64,000 nt of DNA from Halocafeteria seosinensis (Eukaryota), in assembly GCA_001687465.1 (NCBI GenBank), contig LVLI01000080.1, positions 124,001 through 188,000 of the forward strand, written 5' to 3'. The notes beneath the pieces are model-generated. The model ran no database searches, had not been told where the DNA came from, and was given only the letters and a program-made list of their open reading frames with translations. The position numbers were made by a program, and so were the translations under genes. Of the stretch, positions 47,801-58,659 are shown one piece after another; position 1 is the first letter of the stretch, and each line of letters begins with the position of its first letter.

Positions 47801-49645
47801 GTAATTCCTATTCACACCCTGGATAGCAGATTCTCTGATTCTGGAAGCTTCGTAAAGAAAATGATCGAAGTGTTGGAAGTTTATTTATCCGAACAGCAAG
47901 TAATCCAATTGGACCAATTTCGGGAATGCAATGATGCTTCAGGTGATAGCGTGTTTGAATATATGCGGCCGTTGTTTGAAAGTGTACGGTCGATTATGCA
48001 GTTTCTCTTTGCGGGATTCTGCTGGCAGTGCCATTCCTTCACGAAGCACCCGGAGTTGAGCCAACCAGGTTCAGATATACCCCATAGCCCTATCGACACT
48101 TCTATTGAGGTCTCCTTTGAAGATGCTTTGAAGGCAGCGTTGGAATGGCGAAGCCATGTGCTACATACCGCGGACCGTTGTTTGCGTTTCCAACTAAACC
48201 CCTCTCGACTCTCCACGGACCAAATGAAAGCAGCAGAGGCGTATTCTCTCTCTGTAAATATGTCCTCGCTGCACTGTATGTGTGATTTGTCTCAGCTGTG
48301 TAACGAACATTTACGCAAGACGTACCTGAAGCAACTGTATTGGTCCCCGTCGGAGGACCAAGCACGGCTTATTCGTTTAGTTGCTGAGCGGAGCATGAAC
48401 CTTGATGGTGATGAGCTACGAAACTGCTGCTGCATCGGTGGCGAAGAGTACTATGAACTCCGACGTTCTCTAGTGATGCAGGTTGAGGAAGCACTGGGAC
48501 AGTCAAGTGAGGGCGAAGATGATATGGACGCCGTAGTATTCAAGCGGTCATTGGAGGATCATTTGGCAGATCGGAGCAGCTCTTTAAAAGTAGAGCAGAT
48601 CATGAAGCCCCTATGTCAAATGGTCTACAACTGTCGCATCGAGCAGGAGAACCCTCAAGCAGAATTTGCAGCTATTGTCCTGAGCCATGCCGTAGAGCAG
48701 AAACACTTTTTAACACCTCTAGGTGGCTCCAGTGCGGCTGTGTTGAGCAAATCTATTTTAAACATTGCCAAGTCACACGGTCCCGAGCAAACGTTGGTTG
48801 TACACCTATCCATACTCCAGTCTTGTTTCAAGTTAGTCATGGAAGCGCAGAGGGAGCTTTCCGCTGCCTACGAGGGCCAGTATGATACAGAAGATAATGT
48901 GGACGAGTTGTTGGACAGGGCGGAACAACAGTACATGCAGCGGGCAGAATCATTACACGAAGTTTCAAAAAAGCTTGCAAACTCATTGGGTGTTGGCAAA
49001 TTTAAGGGCGAACGATTGCTCGCTGTAGTACGTATGCTTCAACGGGCGATAACATACGCCGTGGATGACTTGCAGCGGGTAGGATTTCTGAGCTATCTGG
49101 AGCCATATCTTGCTAAGATAACACGACAGGATCAGACTCGACTGTTGTCTGGTTTTTGTGATAGAGTCATTGACCAACTCCCAGAGGAGGATCAGGAAAA
49201 TGTTAACACTGCCAAGAGCGAACTCAAGAAAAACAAAACCCAAGACGACATCCAAGATGTAAATGCAGCTCCCTGGGTCCCATTTGCAGAGTTTATTCTT
49301 AGCGTCGAAGGACACACACGCCCAACGCAGAGATCTCCTGCTAAGAAAGCACGTGGAAAAGAAACCAGTCCGCAACAGCAAGAAGAGGAACGATTGACTG
49401 AGACAGAAACCGAAGAAAAGCATCAATCCCAATCAGAAAGAGGACGCCGTAGCCTCGTTTCGGCTATGGCTAGTGATAATGATATGGGTATCTCCCAGAC
49501 CCAGACTCAGAATGGACGAAGTTCCTTATCCCTCGAAGATGATGACGATGAGCTGCTAGTCAGAAAGCCTTCACAACTTGAGAGGAATGCGCGCGTTAAC
49601 AGTGCGCGCAAGGGTAAGAAAGGTGGATCTCGAACGAAGAAATAA
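44856..49645 (+). CDS. SCC3: Cohesin subunit SCC3/STAG (7 exons)
   Basis: DYPL, LSHSSQRSVRHVGSVSAL, VLVNRYRDV...VRRDSI....QW...YP..FLKNEYLKYFGWLLNDK..DVR and FLEKFRPRLLEM.RD.D..V. Six GT-AG introns in the 5' part. Confidence 0.93.
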
Positions 49646-49788
49646 ACAAATTTCCGTGGCCGGAACTATCTGTACACTTGCTGGTATGCTGGAGTTCCCG
49701 TGATTGTCTAATTCACTAGGCCTATAGACTATGTCTCTCTAGGATATTCTCTCTTGTGACTTGAACATCACGCATTAGGGGAACTTTC

Positions 49789-51108
49789 TCACAGGAAGTA
49801 ATCAGGAGCGGGCTTCTTTGCAGGAGTCCCCCGCACTTCTTGGGGTGCCGCTTCAAAGATTTTGAAACTGCGCTCTAGATTTTCGTCAAGCTCCAGGATT
49901 GCAGCTACGTTACCGCAGCGATAGCAATAGTTGGGTGCTGACCATACTGTTACAAGAGTCTCGTTAAACATCCACTTATAACCCTCCATTACTAACTGAT
50001 GCGCCCGGCAAATGAGATTCAGGTCGTTTACCATGTTGAATTTTTCCACCACGTCTCCGCCGAAAAGGTATCCAGCACCACGGGGACTAAGACCCCACCC
50101 TTCGATGTCTGCGCAGTGAAAAATTCAGACGGTACTTCTTGGTACACACGAGATACGTTGTATATAGAGTCGGCTTACCTTCGGGATCCGACCACATCAG
50201 ATCGCACATCGCACCATCGTGCGGAACTTCCTGCTTGCGGTCCAAAATTCGAATTTGATCCAGTGTGTTGATGGAGGGAGATAGACCACCATGGACACAA
50301 AATATTTTGTTATCGATTATAGCCGAAAGTGAGAGGTAATCAAAGATTTCCGTACAGTATCTCCACACGTTGACACTGCCATATTTACGTAGGCACTCAT
50401 CGTAGAAACCGTAAACTTGCGTTATTTGACGGCTCTCGTGATTCCCTCGAATAAGTGTGATCCGATCTGGATAGCGCACTTTGAGTGCTAGGAGCAACAG
50501 AAACGTCTCCACACTGTAGAATCCTCGATCAACAAAGTCACCCAGGAAAAGATAGTTCGTGTCCGGACATTCACCTCCCACTTTGAGGAGCTCAATGAGG
50601 TCATAAAATTGTCCATGAATGTCTCCGCAAATCTGCATCGGAAAATCCAAGGAAAAACAGTCAGTTCAACATCCAAGCTCACCCTCACCTCTTCATTACA
50701 CACACACATAGACACACATTAAGCGAGTGTGCAAACACACGGGTAAAGTAACAAACACATTCCCGACGATTCACCCCGCTTTACCGCATCGCAGGTGCTA
50801 AAATACAGGAAGGAAATACACGGTTCGAAAACTAGCCTTGAGGGTTCGCCTCCAGGACCTTTTTTGTCCCCTATAGATTCCCCCAGGAGGCCACCCCGGC
50901 CAAGTGGCGCCTTTTGCTTTTGTTTTCTTCAAACACGCCGGTGTGGATTCCTACATACCGTGACGGGAGAGCTAACTTGCTGAACGTTAGCTTCGTCGAC
51001 AAGTATTTCTCTGGCACGTTCACATAGCTGACGCACTTCAGTCTCTTTGAGATACTGGCATTGCATCAGCATGTTAATTTGGCGGTCTAAATCACTTTCC
51101 GACGGCAT
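49789..51108 (-). CDS. PPP4C: Serine/threonine protein phosphatase 4 catalytic subunit (3 exons)
   Basis: [71 protein letters not shown] and C-terminal PDYFL. Confidence 0.95.
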
Positions 51109-51229
51109 TGTTGCTGTTGTTGTATCGTTGACACACCCAAACCCAAGCCCAATAAAAGGAAAAGCATATACTGCAGAGATCAACCGGTCCTGACCAAAAT
51201 TCACCCGAAAATTAGGGCATACAATGCTT

Positions 51230-51480
51230 TGGAAACATCAAATTGAAGTACACCGCTTTCCCCAGAGTGTCTCTCGCCCGAACTCGCCTAACGCTAACCG
51301 GGCTCGACGCCCGGACGTGGTCATCGAAGGCTTCAGGAACTGGGCGACAAATTATGCTATGACAAACTAAAGTGCGGTGCTAGAGTGGACTATGTGGAAA
51401 GTTCAATAAAATAATATATTTCGTTTGTGGATCCAATTCACTTTTTAGAAGTGCGCCCGGTTGTCACACGACACTTAATT
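51230..51480 (-). pseudogene. Decayed copy of the RRP43 last exon, downstream of the gene
   Basis: cgctaaccgggctcg (51292) vs cgctaggttcgggctcg (51841); caggaa, tgcgg and aataat in the same order; ttcactttttag vs ttccgcttttag; cccggttgtcacac (51456) vs cccggttttatacac (52004). Confidence 0.6.
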
Positions 51481-51549
51481 GCCCAGTGCCAGGAGGAGTT
51501 CTATCTGACACTTAGCAAGTCAAGTGGTAATATTCATCGGCGCGGTAGG

Positions 51550-52563
51550 TCATGTACCTGGCAATGACAGTGGATTCGGACTATCTTGCAAAACACTGTA
51601 TATCCTTTGCAGATTCTGTTTGGAATGAGCAAAGCATTGCTCTATAATTTCATCTGAGACGTTGCCCTCGCTGCATAAACACTTCAACTGGCAAACAACT
51701 CCCTCTACAGTACTCACGATACATATCAATGCCGAACTGAGATCCAATTCTTCTCTGGTGGGATCAACTAAAAGATGTCCGCTCACGAGAGCAAATGAAA
51801 GGGGAAGAGGGAAATGCCGCATTTGTACTCGGCTAGCTTCCGCTAGGTTCGGGCTCGCGGTTACCTTCCCGTCCGAATTCAGTTTTGACGCAGGAATAAC
51901 TGTATTAGATAATGCGGACACTAATGATAGGACCGCCACATCCTCAATGTTTCCTGAATAATCTGTACATATCACTTCCGCTTTTAGAGACCACACAGCC
52001 TTTCCCGGTTTTATACACAAACTCTCTAAGTCTATTGTGTTGGAATCGACAATTGAGCGTGTCAAAAATTGCGAAACGCTTAGTGATTCGTCTTCCGTTT
52101 TGCCAGTGCGAAATTGGGGAGACGATATTGGACTTAAATTCACATTAATTTCTGAAGATGAAGAGGTAACTCATACAGTGAGACCTAGGACGGAATTCCA
52201 CCAAATATTTTCACCGAGGGAGGGGACATACCTATAATTCCCTGCTTGGGTGCTTTCTCTGTGGGGATTGTGATAACGGGTTGAATCGCAGTTAGCACTT
52301 TTGAGTCTCCTAATCGAACGAATGCTGATCCATTGGCTGTCCCTATCAATCCTGCGTCACAAACCAGGGTCCTTTGTATTCTACTGATCCCGTACGTACG
52401 CGTACGCGCTCTGCTGAAGCAGAACGGGAGGAAGCCACGAACCTCTAGCTATACTGATATCTCTTTGCTCTGTATAAGTCCTCCCATCTGTCCTATAGCC
52501 TTTCTCCAGAAACTGGGAAGTGTATAACATGGGGTGAAGCACCCTGAAGGCATCCACGTCCAT
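51550..52563 (-). CDS. EXOSC8: Exosome complex component RRP43 (3 exons)
   Basis: AFRVLHP..Y...FL..G.R.DGR, GSAFVRLGDSKV, NVNLSPISSPQFR.G and IDLESLCI.PGKAVWSL...ICTDYSGN..D....LVSAL.NT.IP. Confidence 0.9.
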
Positions 52564-53033
52564 TTTCGGACACCCAAACCTTTACATTGAATCGAATGAA
52601 ACTATCCTACATGGCAACCCGGAAAGTGTAATGGCATGTGTCACAGTGCGTCCGGTGAGGCCAACGAAGGACGCTGGACGTGCGACTTCAAGGACTGACG
52701 GTTAGGGGTGATTTTGGATTGCCTCTTGCATTCTATTCATCCTATTCCCCACGGTTCATTACCATCCACTGCATTTGCAGCTACGGGACCCAAGTGTCCA
52801 ATCGTCCACGGGGGTAGGGAAAGTGAATAAAGCGAAAAAAGGGGCTTGAAAACCGCGAACACCGCTCCGAGACCCACCTCAACCGACCACCTGTAGTCTC
52901 TATTCCAGCACGGATTAGTTCGCCCCCAAGGGGCATTTGGACTGTTCCATTGGCTGCTACTACCACGCGGTCAACCTGGTCCTCCTGAGCGCGAAATTTG
53001 GGGGAGGTCAAAAAATTGGACGGAAAGAGGAAG

Positions 53034-54628
53034 ATGTCCAGTGAAGCTCCAGGAGCAGCACAGGGGGGCGATTCCATGGCTTCCAAAAAAGGCTCCGTGA
53101 CGAGGTCATCCACAGTCTCCGTGTCTGCCTCTCGCGCATCGGAATACTATACAGAAACGGGCAAGAGTACGCACCGCCTGTCCCTTCCTGTCGGTGGAGC
53201 TTACTATTCTCGTTTAGGCAAAGTTCCACCACCGGCTCCTCCTCGACCCGAAGAAGATTACGCGCCTATTTCCAAACCAGATTTCTCATCCGCGCACGCA
53301 GCAAGCTCGGGGCCCACAGAGAAAACTAGACGAAACACTACAGGTACGCTTTGATTTTGATTCTGTGGGTAATTCTCTCGTTCTCTTGAGTTGAGGGGGC
53401 ACGTTACTTTGCGTGCAGATGTCTCTATTGCCACTTCAAGACTGAAAATGCTCCGGATTTTGGAAGACCATGAACAAACTCAAGAATTTTTGAGACAAGC
53501 GAGAGATCAGCATAGTGCAGAAAATGGTACGTATATGTGAGAAATGGTCGTTTTCGTCTATTCCACTGCAAAATTAACGTGCTGCTTTCACGGTGCTTCA
53601 GTGGAATTATGGCTTGGCATTCGCGATTGCTTTGTGAAAAAATATAAAGCGCCTAAAGGATTCAAAGATACAGAGTTCCTTGAAAACGCCGAAAGCTTAT
53701 ATCGGGAATTCATAAGAAATGGAGCTAAGAAACAGGTGAACATGCGTGATGTAAGGCACTTTATGTCTTATATGCGCCCACTCGTCCTGAATTCCTGTAT
53801 TCGTTTCTTCTTGGTTTGCAGGTCACAAGAAATGAATTAAAAGATGCTATTGATGGGGGGGATACTGAAAAAGTGCGACAGATATTCGAAGGTCTTCAGG
53901 AAACAACATTACAACAAATGATTTTGGATCTACTTCCACGGTTTTCTGTGCCTTCGCATAAGAATCACGACGTGAAATCTACCATTCCTGAAGTTGATAC
54001 TGAAACCGGAACTGGAGCTGGGAAAAGTCAACAGGCTTCTGCTCGCTCTGAAGAACGTGATGATGGAAGCAGTACAGTATGTTGCAAATTGCTTTTCTCT
54101 AGGATGTGCTGTGTGAGTACACACTCTTTGTCGCTGCAGGGGACTGAGGATACATCCAATGGTGCCACTCCCGTGGCAGATGATGACTGTAAACTATCAC
54201 GTACCCAAGCATGTGATTTAGCGGACCAATTGTTTACCAAGTCGAAAATGGTGGGCATAAATCGTCGACGAAAATTGAAGGGAGGGGACGTGGTAGCCGC
54301 GAAACGGCTTTCTGGGTGGGTATATGCAAACAAACGTATGTCTGGATTTCTCATGAAACGAGGGGATCAAGTACCCTCATGGAAACGTCGTTATTTTGTA
54401 CTTGCCCCACCGTTGCTCGTGTATTATGAGAGAGAGAAAGAAAACATACCGCGTGGGGTAATCCGCTTAAACGACTCCTTTAGCGTTAGTACTTATGGAG
54501 AGAAAGAATACGGTTCGCTACCCTTCTTCTTTATGATACGTACTCCATGGCGGTGCTATTTATTTCAAGCGGATACAGCGTCCGACCATCAGCGTTGGGT
54601 AGAAAAATTGGAAGCTGAGGCTCAGTGA
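53034..54628 (+). CDS. RGS domain plus PH domain protein (about 5 exons)
   Basis: RGS: ILEDHEQTQEFL..A....SAENVELWL, AESLYREFIRNGAKKQVNM and IFEGLQ......M..DLLPRF. PH: MSGFLMKRGDQVPSWKRRYFVL...LLVYY......PRGVIRL...YLFQADT......WV. Confidence 0.85.
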
Positions 54629-54675
54629 CAGCCGATTGGTTCCATGTAGTCTATAGACAGTTGCGGGTATACTAT

Positions 54676-56346
54676 TTAAGATTCTATTGGGACTGGGCTC
54701 AAAACTTTGCCTCGACAGTCTCCGAATCCGATGCGCACGTGGGCTTTCTGGCAGTATCCTTTCATGACAACTTCGTCGCCGTCTTGGAGGAATTTCCTTT
54801 CCTCTCCGTTGGGAAGTTTGATAGGATTTGTGCCTTTCCAGCATAGTTCCAGCATGCTTCCGTATGAGTCTGGGGTGCTTCCAGAAATCGTCCCGCTTCC
54901 AAGGCAATCTCCTGGTCGCATATTACAACCAGTAACAGAGTGGTGTACAAGTTGCTGCTTGATGTTCCAATAAAGGTTGCTGAAGTTGGAATGGCACAAG
55001 CGATATGGTTCAGTCAACTGAGGGGTCTTCAAGTACACATCAAGTTGAATATCGTAACTTCCGTAGTTAGGATCCTTCAAATATCCATGGGGTTCAGGGT
55101 TTTGTTCGCCAGCGGAAGTCGACGACCTGAATGGCTCCAGCGCTTCCAAAGTGACAACCCAAGGACTGATTGTAGTGGCGAAATTTTTCGCAGTGAACGG
55201 TCCCAACGGTACATACTCCCATTTTTGGATGTCACGCGCACTCCAGTCATTCATGAGCGTCAAACCGAAAATATGATCTTCTGCTTGCGACATTGCAATG
55301 GGTTTGCCCATTTCATTGCCGGGTCCCACGAATGTCCCCATTTCCAATTCGAAGTCCATAAGTTTGCACGGTCCAAATGTGCTTCCTTGGTGTGCGTCGT
55401 TAGGATCCTTCTGCAACTGACCTTGTGGCCGATGGATGTCAATTCCTGACTTGATTACAGAACTACTTCGCCCATGGTATCCAACGGGTAGATAAGTCCA
55501 ATTGGGCTGAAGCGCGTTGTCCTTTCCTCTGAACATTGTTCCGACATTGGTTGCATGTTCTTTTGACGAATAAAAGTCCGTATAGTCGCCTATGACAGCA
55601 GGGAGTTCCATAGTAACGGAATTTATATCAATTAGAGCCTTGTTCCTTAGGTCGTTATTGTTTTTCAGTCTCGCGTCATCCCCTGTCAGAAGTGCTTGAA
55701 TCTTGCGGCGAGCATCCTTCCAAGCTGGTCTCCCTTGGGCCATGAATGCGTTCAACGAACTCTGTCAAGTATGTCGTTGAACGGATACAGTTAAATAAGG
55801 ATGCCCCTAAGAACAAGGCGTCTTACCTCGTGGAAAGTATCAGCATAGGCCTCTCCGAAAAGTCCCTCGTGAGCAAGGACGGAGAGATCAACGACCTGTA
55901 ATACACCCCATCTCATTCTGTATAGCTCCACTACACTGGTGAGGCACGGGAAAGTACTTACATAATTGCCAATAGCTGTCCCTACTCTGGGTTTTTCTGA
56001 CGGGTTCGGACGAAACACTGCGAACCCATGCCAGACATCAATTACATCCATATTAGTCGAGACCATACACGGAATGCAAGGTGCTTACCTCCAAAGGGAA
56101 TGTTGTAGATGGTAAAATCACTGCCCTCTGGCACTTCGACCTGCAGAATCATTACGGTATCATACGTGTCTGTCTATTTACACATCCACAAAGAACGGAA
56201 CTTTGCCACCAAAGCAGTGAACCAGAGGGAGAAAGGGTTAGTTCTCCTGTCATTGACGATGAGTAACGTACCCATGAGTGCATCTGAGGAGGCGTAGGAG
56301 CATCCTCAGCAACTCGAGCTCGTTTGGCATCATTGGAAGAGTCCAT
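54676..56346 (-). CDS. FAH: Fumarylacetoacetase (5 exons)
   Basis: SDFTIYNIPFGVF, LNAFMAQG..AW, IGDYTDFYSSKEHATNVGTMFRGKDNALQPNW, LPVGYHGRSSS, MDFELE, NDWSARDIQKWEYVPLGPF and GSGTISG..GSMLEL. Confidence 0.97.
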
Positions 56347-56559
56347 TTTGTTCGTCAGTAGACGCACGCTATCACAAGAAGAAGCTAAGCTCGAGGTGAT
56401 GTAAACCTATGTATCTCTCTCGACTATCTGTTCAGTAGTGTCAAACAATCCCGATACACTCTTAATATCTCTGTAAAGCGTATCAGAACAATTTCCTTCG
56501 ATCCTTCTCCGCCTTGACAGAATACCCCTCTCCTTCCCCCCGGTAACAAAGGGTGTATG

Positions 56560-56800
56560 TTAGGCCTTTACTGGAGATAGCCACACACTTATGGAAGAAG
56601 AAAAAAAACAGATGGCATATATCTTTGTATCATTTGAGTGGAAATTCTCGCAGAGGGGACCATGAACACACTGGTATCTTGTCCACCCGACCTGTGTGGG
56701 GTTCACAGTATACACGGCCCTTGCATGCAGGTGTCGAGACACGCACAGAGTGTATTATAGTTTCGTAAAGTGTTCCATTCTCTTTATTCCGGCGTAAAAT
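56560..56800 (+). pseudogene. Possible decayed cofilin copy A
   Basis: LLEIATHLWKKKKNRWHISLYHLSGNSRRGDHEHTG vs LLELYNDIKLKSTYKYIVFSLKEIGRQGNKITYG; ttccggcgtaaa vs ttccgtgtaaa. Confidence 0.45.
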
Positions 56801-56999
56801 ACGCTTAATGAGTCTTTCCACGGGCAAACCCAAGCTGGGATACCCACGGTATCTAGCTGAATAACTCTCCCCAAAACTCTATTCCCTTCCTCGATATGCT
56901 GCATCACTGGTTCTCATTCTTTCATGCTTGTTATAGGACTTCACTGATGCATACAAGGCCAGTCAGTCGCTAATATACGCCTAGTGGTAGGGTATCTTA

Positions 57000-57205
57000 G
57001 CCTAAATATCTTGCCCCGGTCCGGGCGGAAAGCCCGGATCCGAGCGTGGTTTGTTCGATGAAGGGAAAGACAGCGCAAAGGGATATTCACTGAATTGTGG
57101 TGAACGACAAAGACGGTGACGGTCACAACCCTCAAGAACAGGAAAAGTACTCCCATTCCTACGTTGGAGTGTCGTGATATAGATTACGAAAACACATCTA
57201 TCGAA
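57000..57205 (+). pseudogene. Possible decayed cofilin copy B, ending just before the live start codon
   Basis: Colinear PGGK/PGGS, FDEGKDSAKG/FEDEKDDGRA, TLKNRKS/TLKEKLT and DIDYEN/DLEYNA. Confidence 0.5.
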
Positions 57206-57210
57206 CAAAA

Positions 57211-58068
57211 ATGGTACGATAAAGCGCAATCTTCTTCCCTTTCCTTTTTTTTCTCTGCGGTATCTTGTATGCTCGGCTGCCTGTTCCGAGGGTGTTGCTG
57301 AATGACCTGTAGTAATGCTTTGTGAGATTCCCGGGGATCCAATGCTTGTCCTAGTGAGGTGAATACAAACAAAGGGGAACCCAGATGACTGGATAGCATG
57401 CGTTCTGCCGCTCCAACGGGGGAAAAATGCGACAAAAAAGGGTGGGGGTGCCCTGGCCCCTTGGATTTGCCGCACGCGAGGATGATCAGGAAAATTCAAC
57501 TTAGCTTACGGTTGGCGCCTTTTCCGAATGTTCTAACATGTGGATGCTGACGGCGATTCCTGAATACATTCCTGTGCGCTGTTAGTCTTGGTTTGTATAA
57601 GCTGTCACATGTGCTTCATCATTGCAGGCTTCGTCTGGAATTGATGTTAGTGACGAGCTCTTGGAGCTGTACAATGACATCAAACTGAAGAGCACATACA
57701 AGTACATAGTGTTTAGTTTGAAAGAAATCGGAAGACAAGGAAACAAAATCACCTACGGCTGGAGCATTGATGAGAAAGCATCACCAGGTGGAAGCAATGA
57801 AGAAAGATTCAATGAAGTACTCGGAAAGTTACCCGAAGATTCGGCATGTTTTGTTTGCTTCGACTTCGAGGACGAAAAAGACGATGGCAGAGCTATTAAG
57901 AAACTCTTGTTGATCAAATGGTGCCCCGATACCGTGCACTTCCGTGTAAAGCCTGTAATTGGTTCTACATATCAAACATTAAAAGAAAAGCTTACCGGAT
58001 TAGGCGCTGATATCCAAGCTGTGGACAAGAGTGACTTGGAGTACAACGCTATCAAGAAAATGCTATAA
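57211..58068 (+). CDS. Actin-depolymerizing factor / cofilin, with an ATG-only first coding exon
   Basis: caaaaATG|gtacga at 57211, intron 57214-57627, then ASSGIDVSDE..KYIVFSL..LPEDSACFVCFDF..KLLLIKWCPD...VK....ST..LK..L.G....IQAVD. Confidence 0.92.
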
Positions 58069-58099
58069 GCATGATTTTAATGAGAGGAGCCTATTTTAG

Positions 58100-58260
58100 T
58101 CTTTTTGTGGTCAGAGCCGACAACGCTATGCTTGTGGTGACTTGAGTAGGAACCTAACCGATATAAGCGACTGCCAGGTAGTTGAGAATTGGGAGGCAGC
58201 TGTGTAGAATCGTAAACTGCATTGACGTCCAAAACTAAGAGTTTGCAGTCGGTGCGTTCC
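58100..58260 (+). pseudogene. Possible decayed copy of part of the downstream 58660-61320 gene
   Basis: LFVVRADNA vs LYVAWRISDNA; LTDIS vs LADIS; ttgggaggcagct vs ttgggaagctgct; FAVGAF vs LALGAL. All colinear. Confidence 0.5.
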
Positions 58261-58659
58261 ATTCGCATTCTTTTTTGCTTATCAACATGTGTAGTGCCTG
58301 GAATAGAAGTCTCCCGTCTTTCCGCGTTTTCGTGAAAGATTGGTCGAGATTGATTCTGGGAACTCACCCTCTGAAGGCCTTCTAAATTAGTGCCTCCTAT
58401 TATTCTCCTACCTGTCTAGAATAAACTACGTCATCGCTCCATAGATCCATATGCACGGTGTGTAAGCCCCCAATTTCTATCCATACCCGAAGATTGCATG
58501 CAGTTTAGATCCACACTCCCGACGGATCCGTAATACTCGGATCATCGAGGCGCCGAGTCGGATGCAGAGAAACGAATAGTGTTGTTTCGAAACATGTAAA
58601 GCATCAGGGTGATAGTAGGGTTAAATATACGCATATTTGGGAATAGCGAAAGGGATAGA

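Noticed and set aside
56630..56850. Minus-strand ORF LGLPVERLIKRILRR resembling a histone-fold start
   Set aside because: The similarity is limited to a few residues and no histone fold follows.
57020..57038. Hairpin TCCGGGC-GGAAA-GCCCGGA as an ncRNA or ribozyme
   Set aside because: Isolated 7-bp stem with no hammerhead core or other ncRNA motif; it overlaps the putative cofilin remnant.
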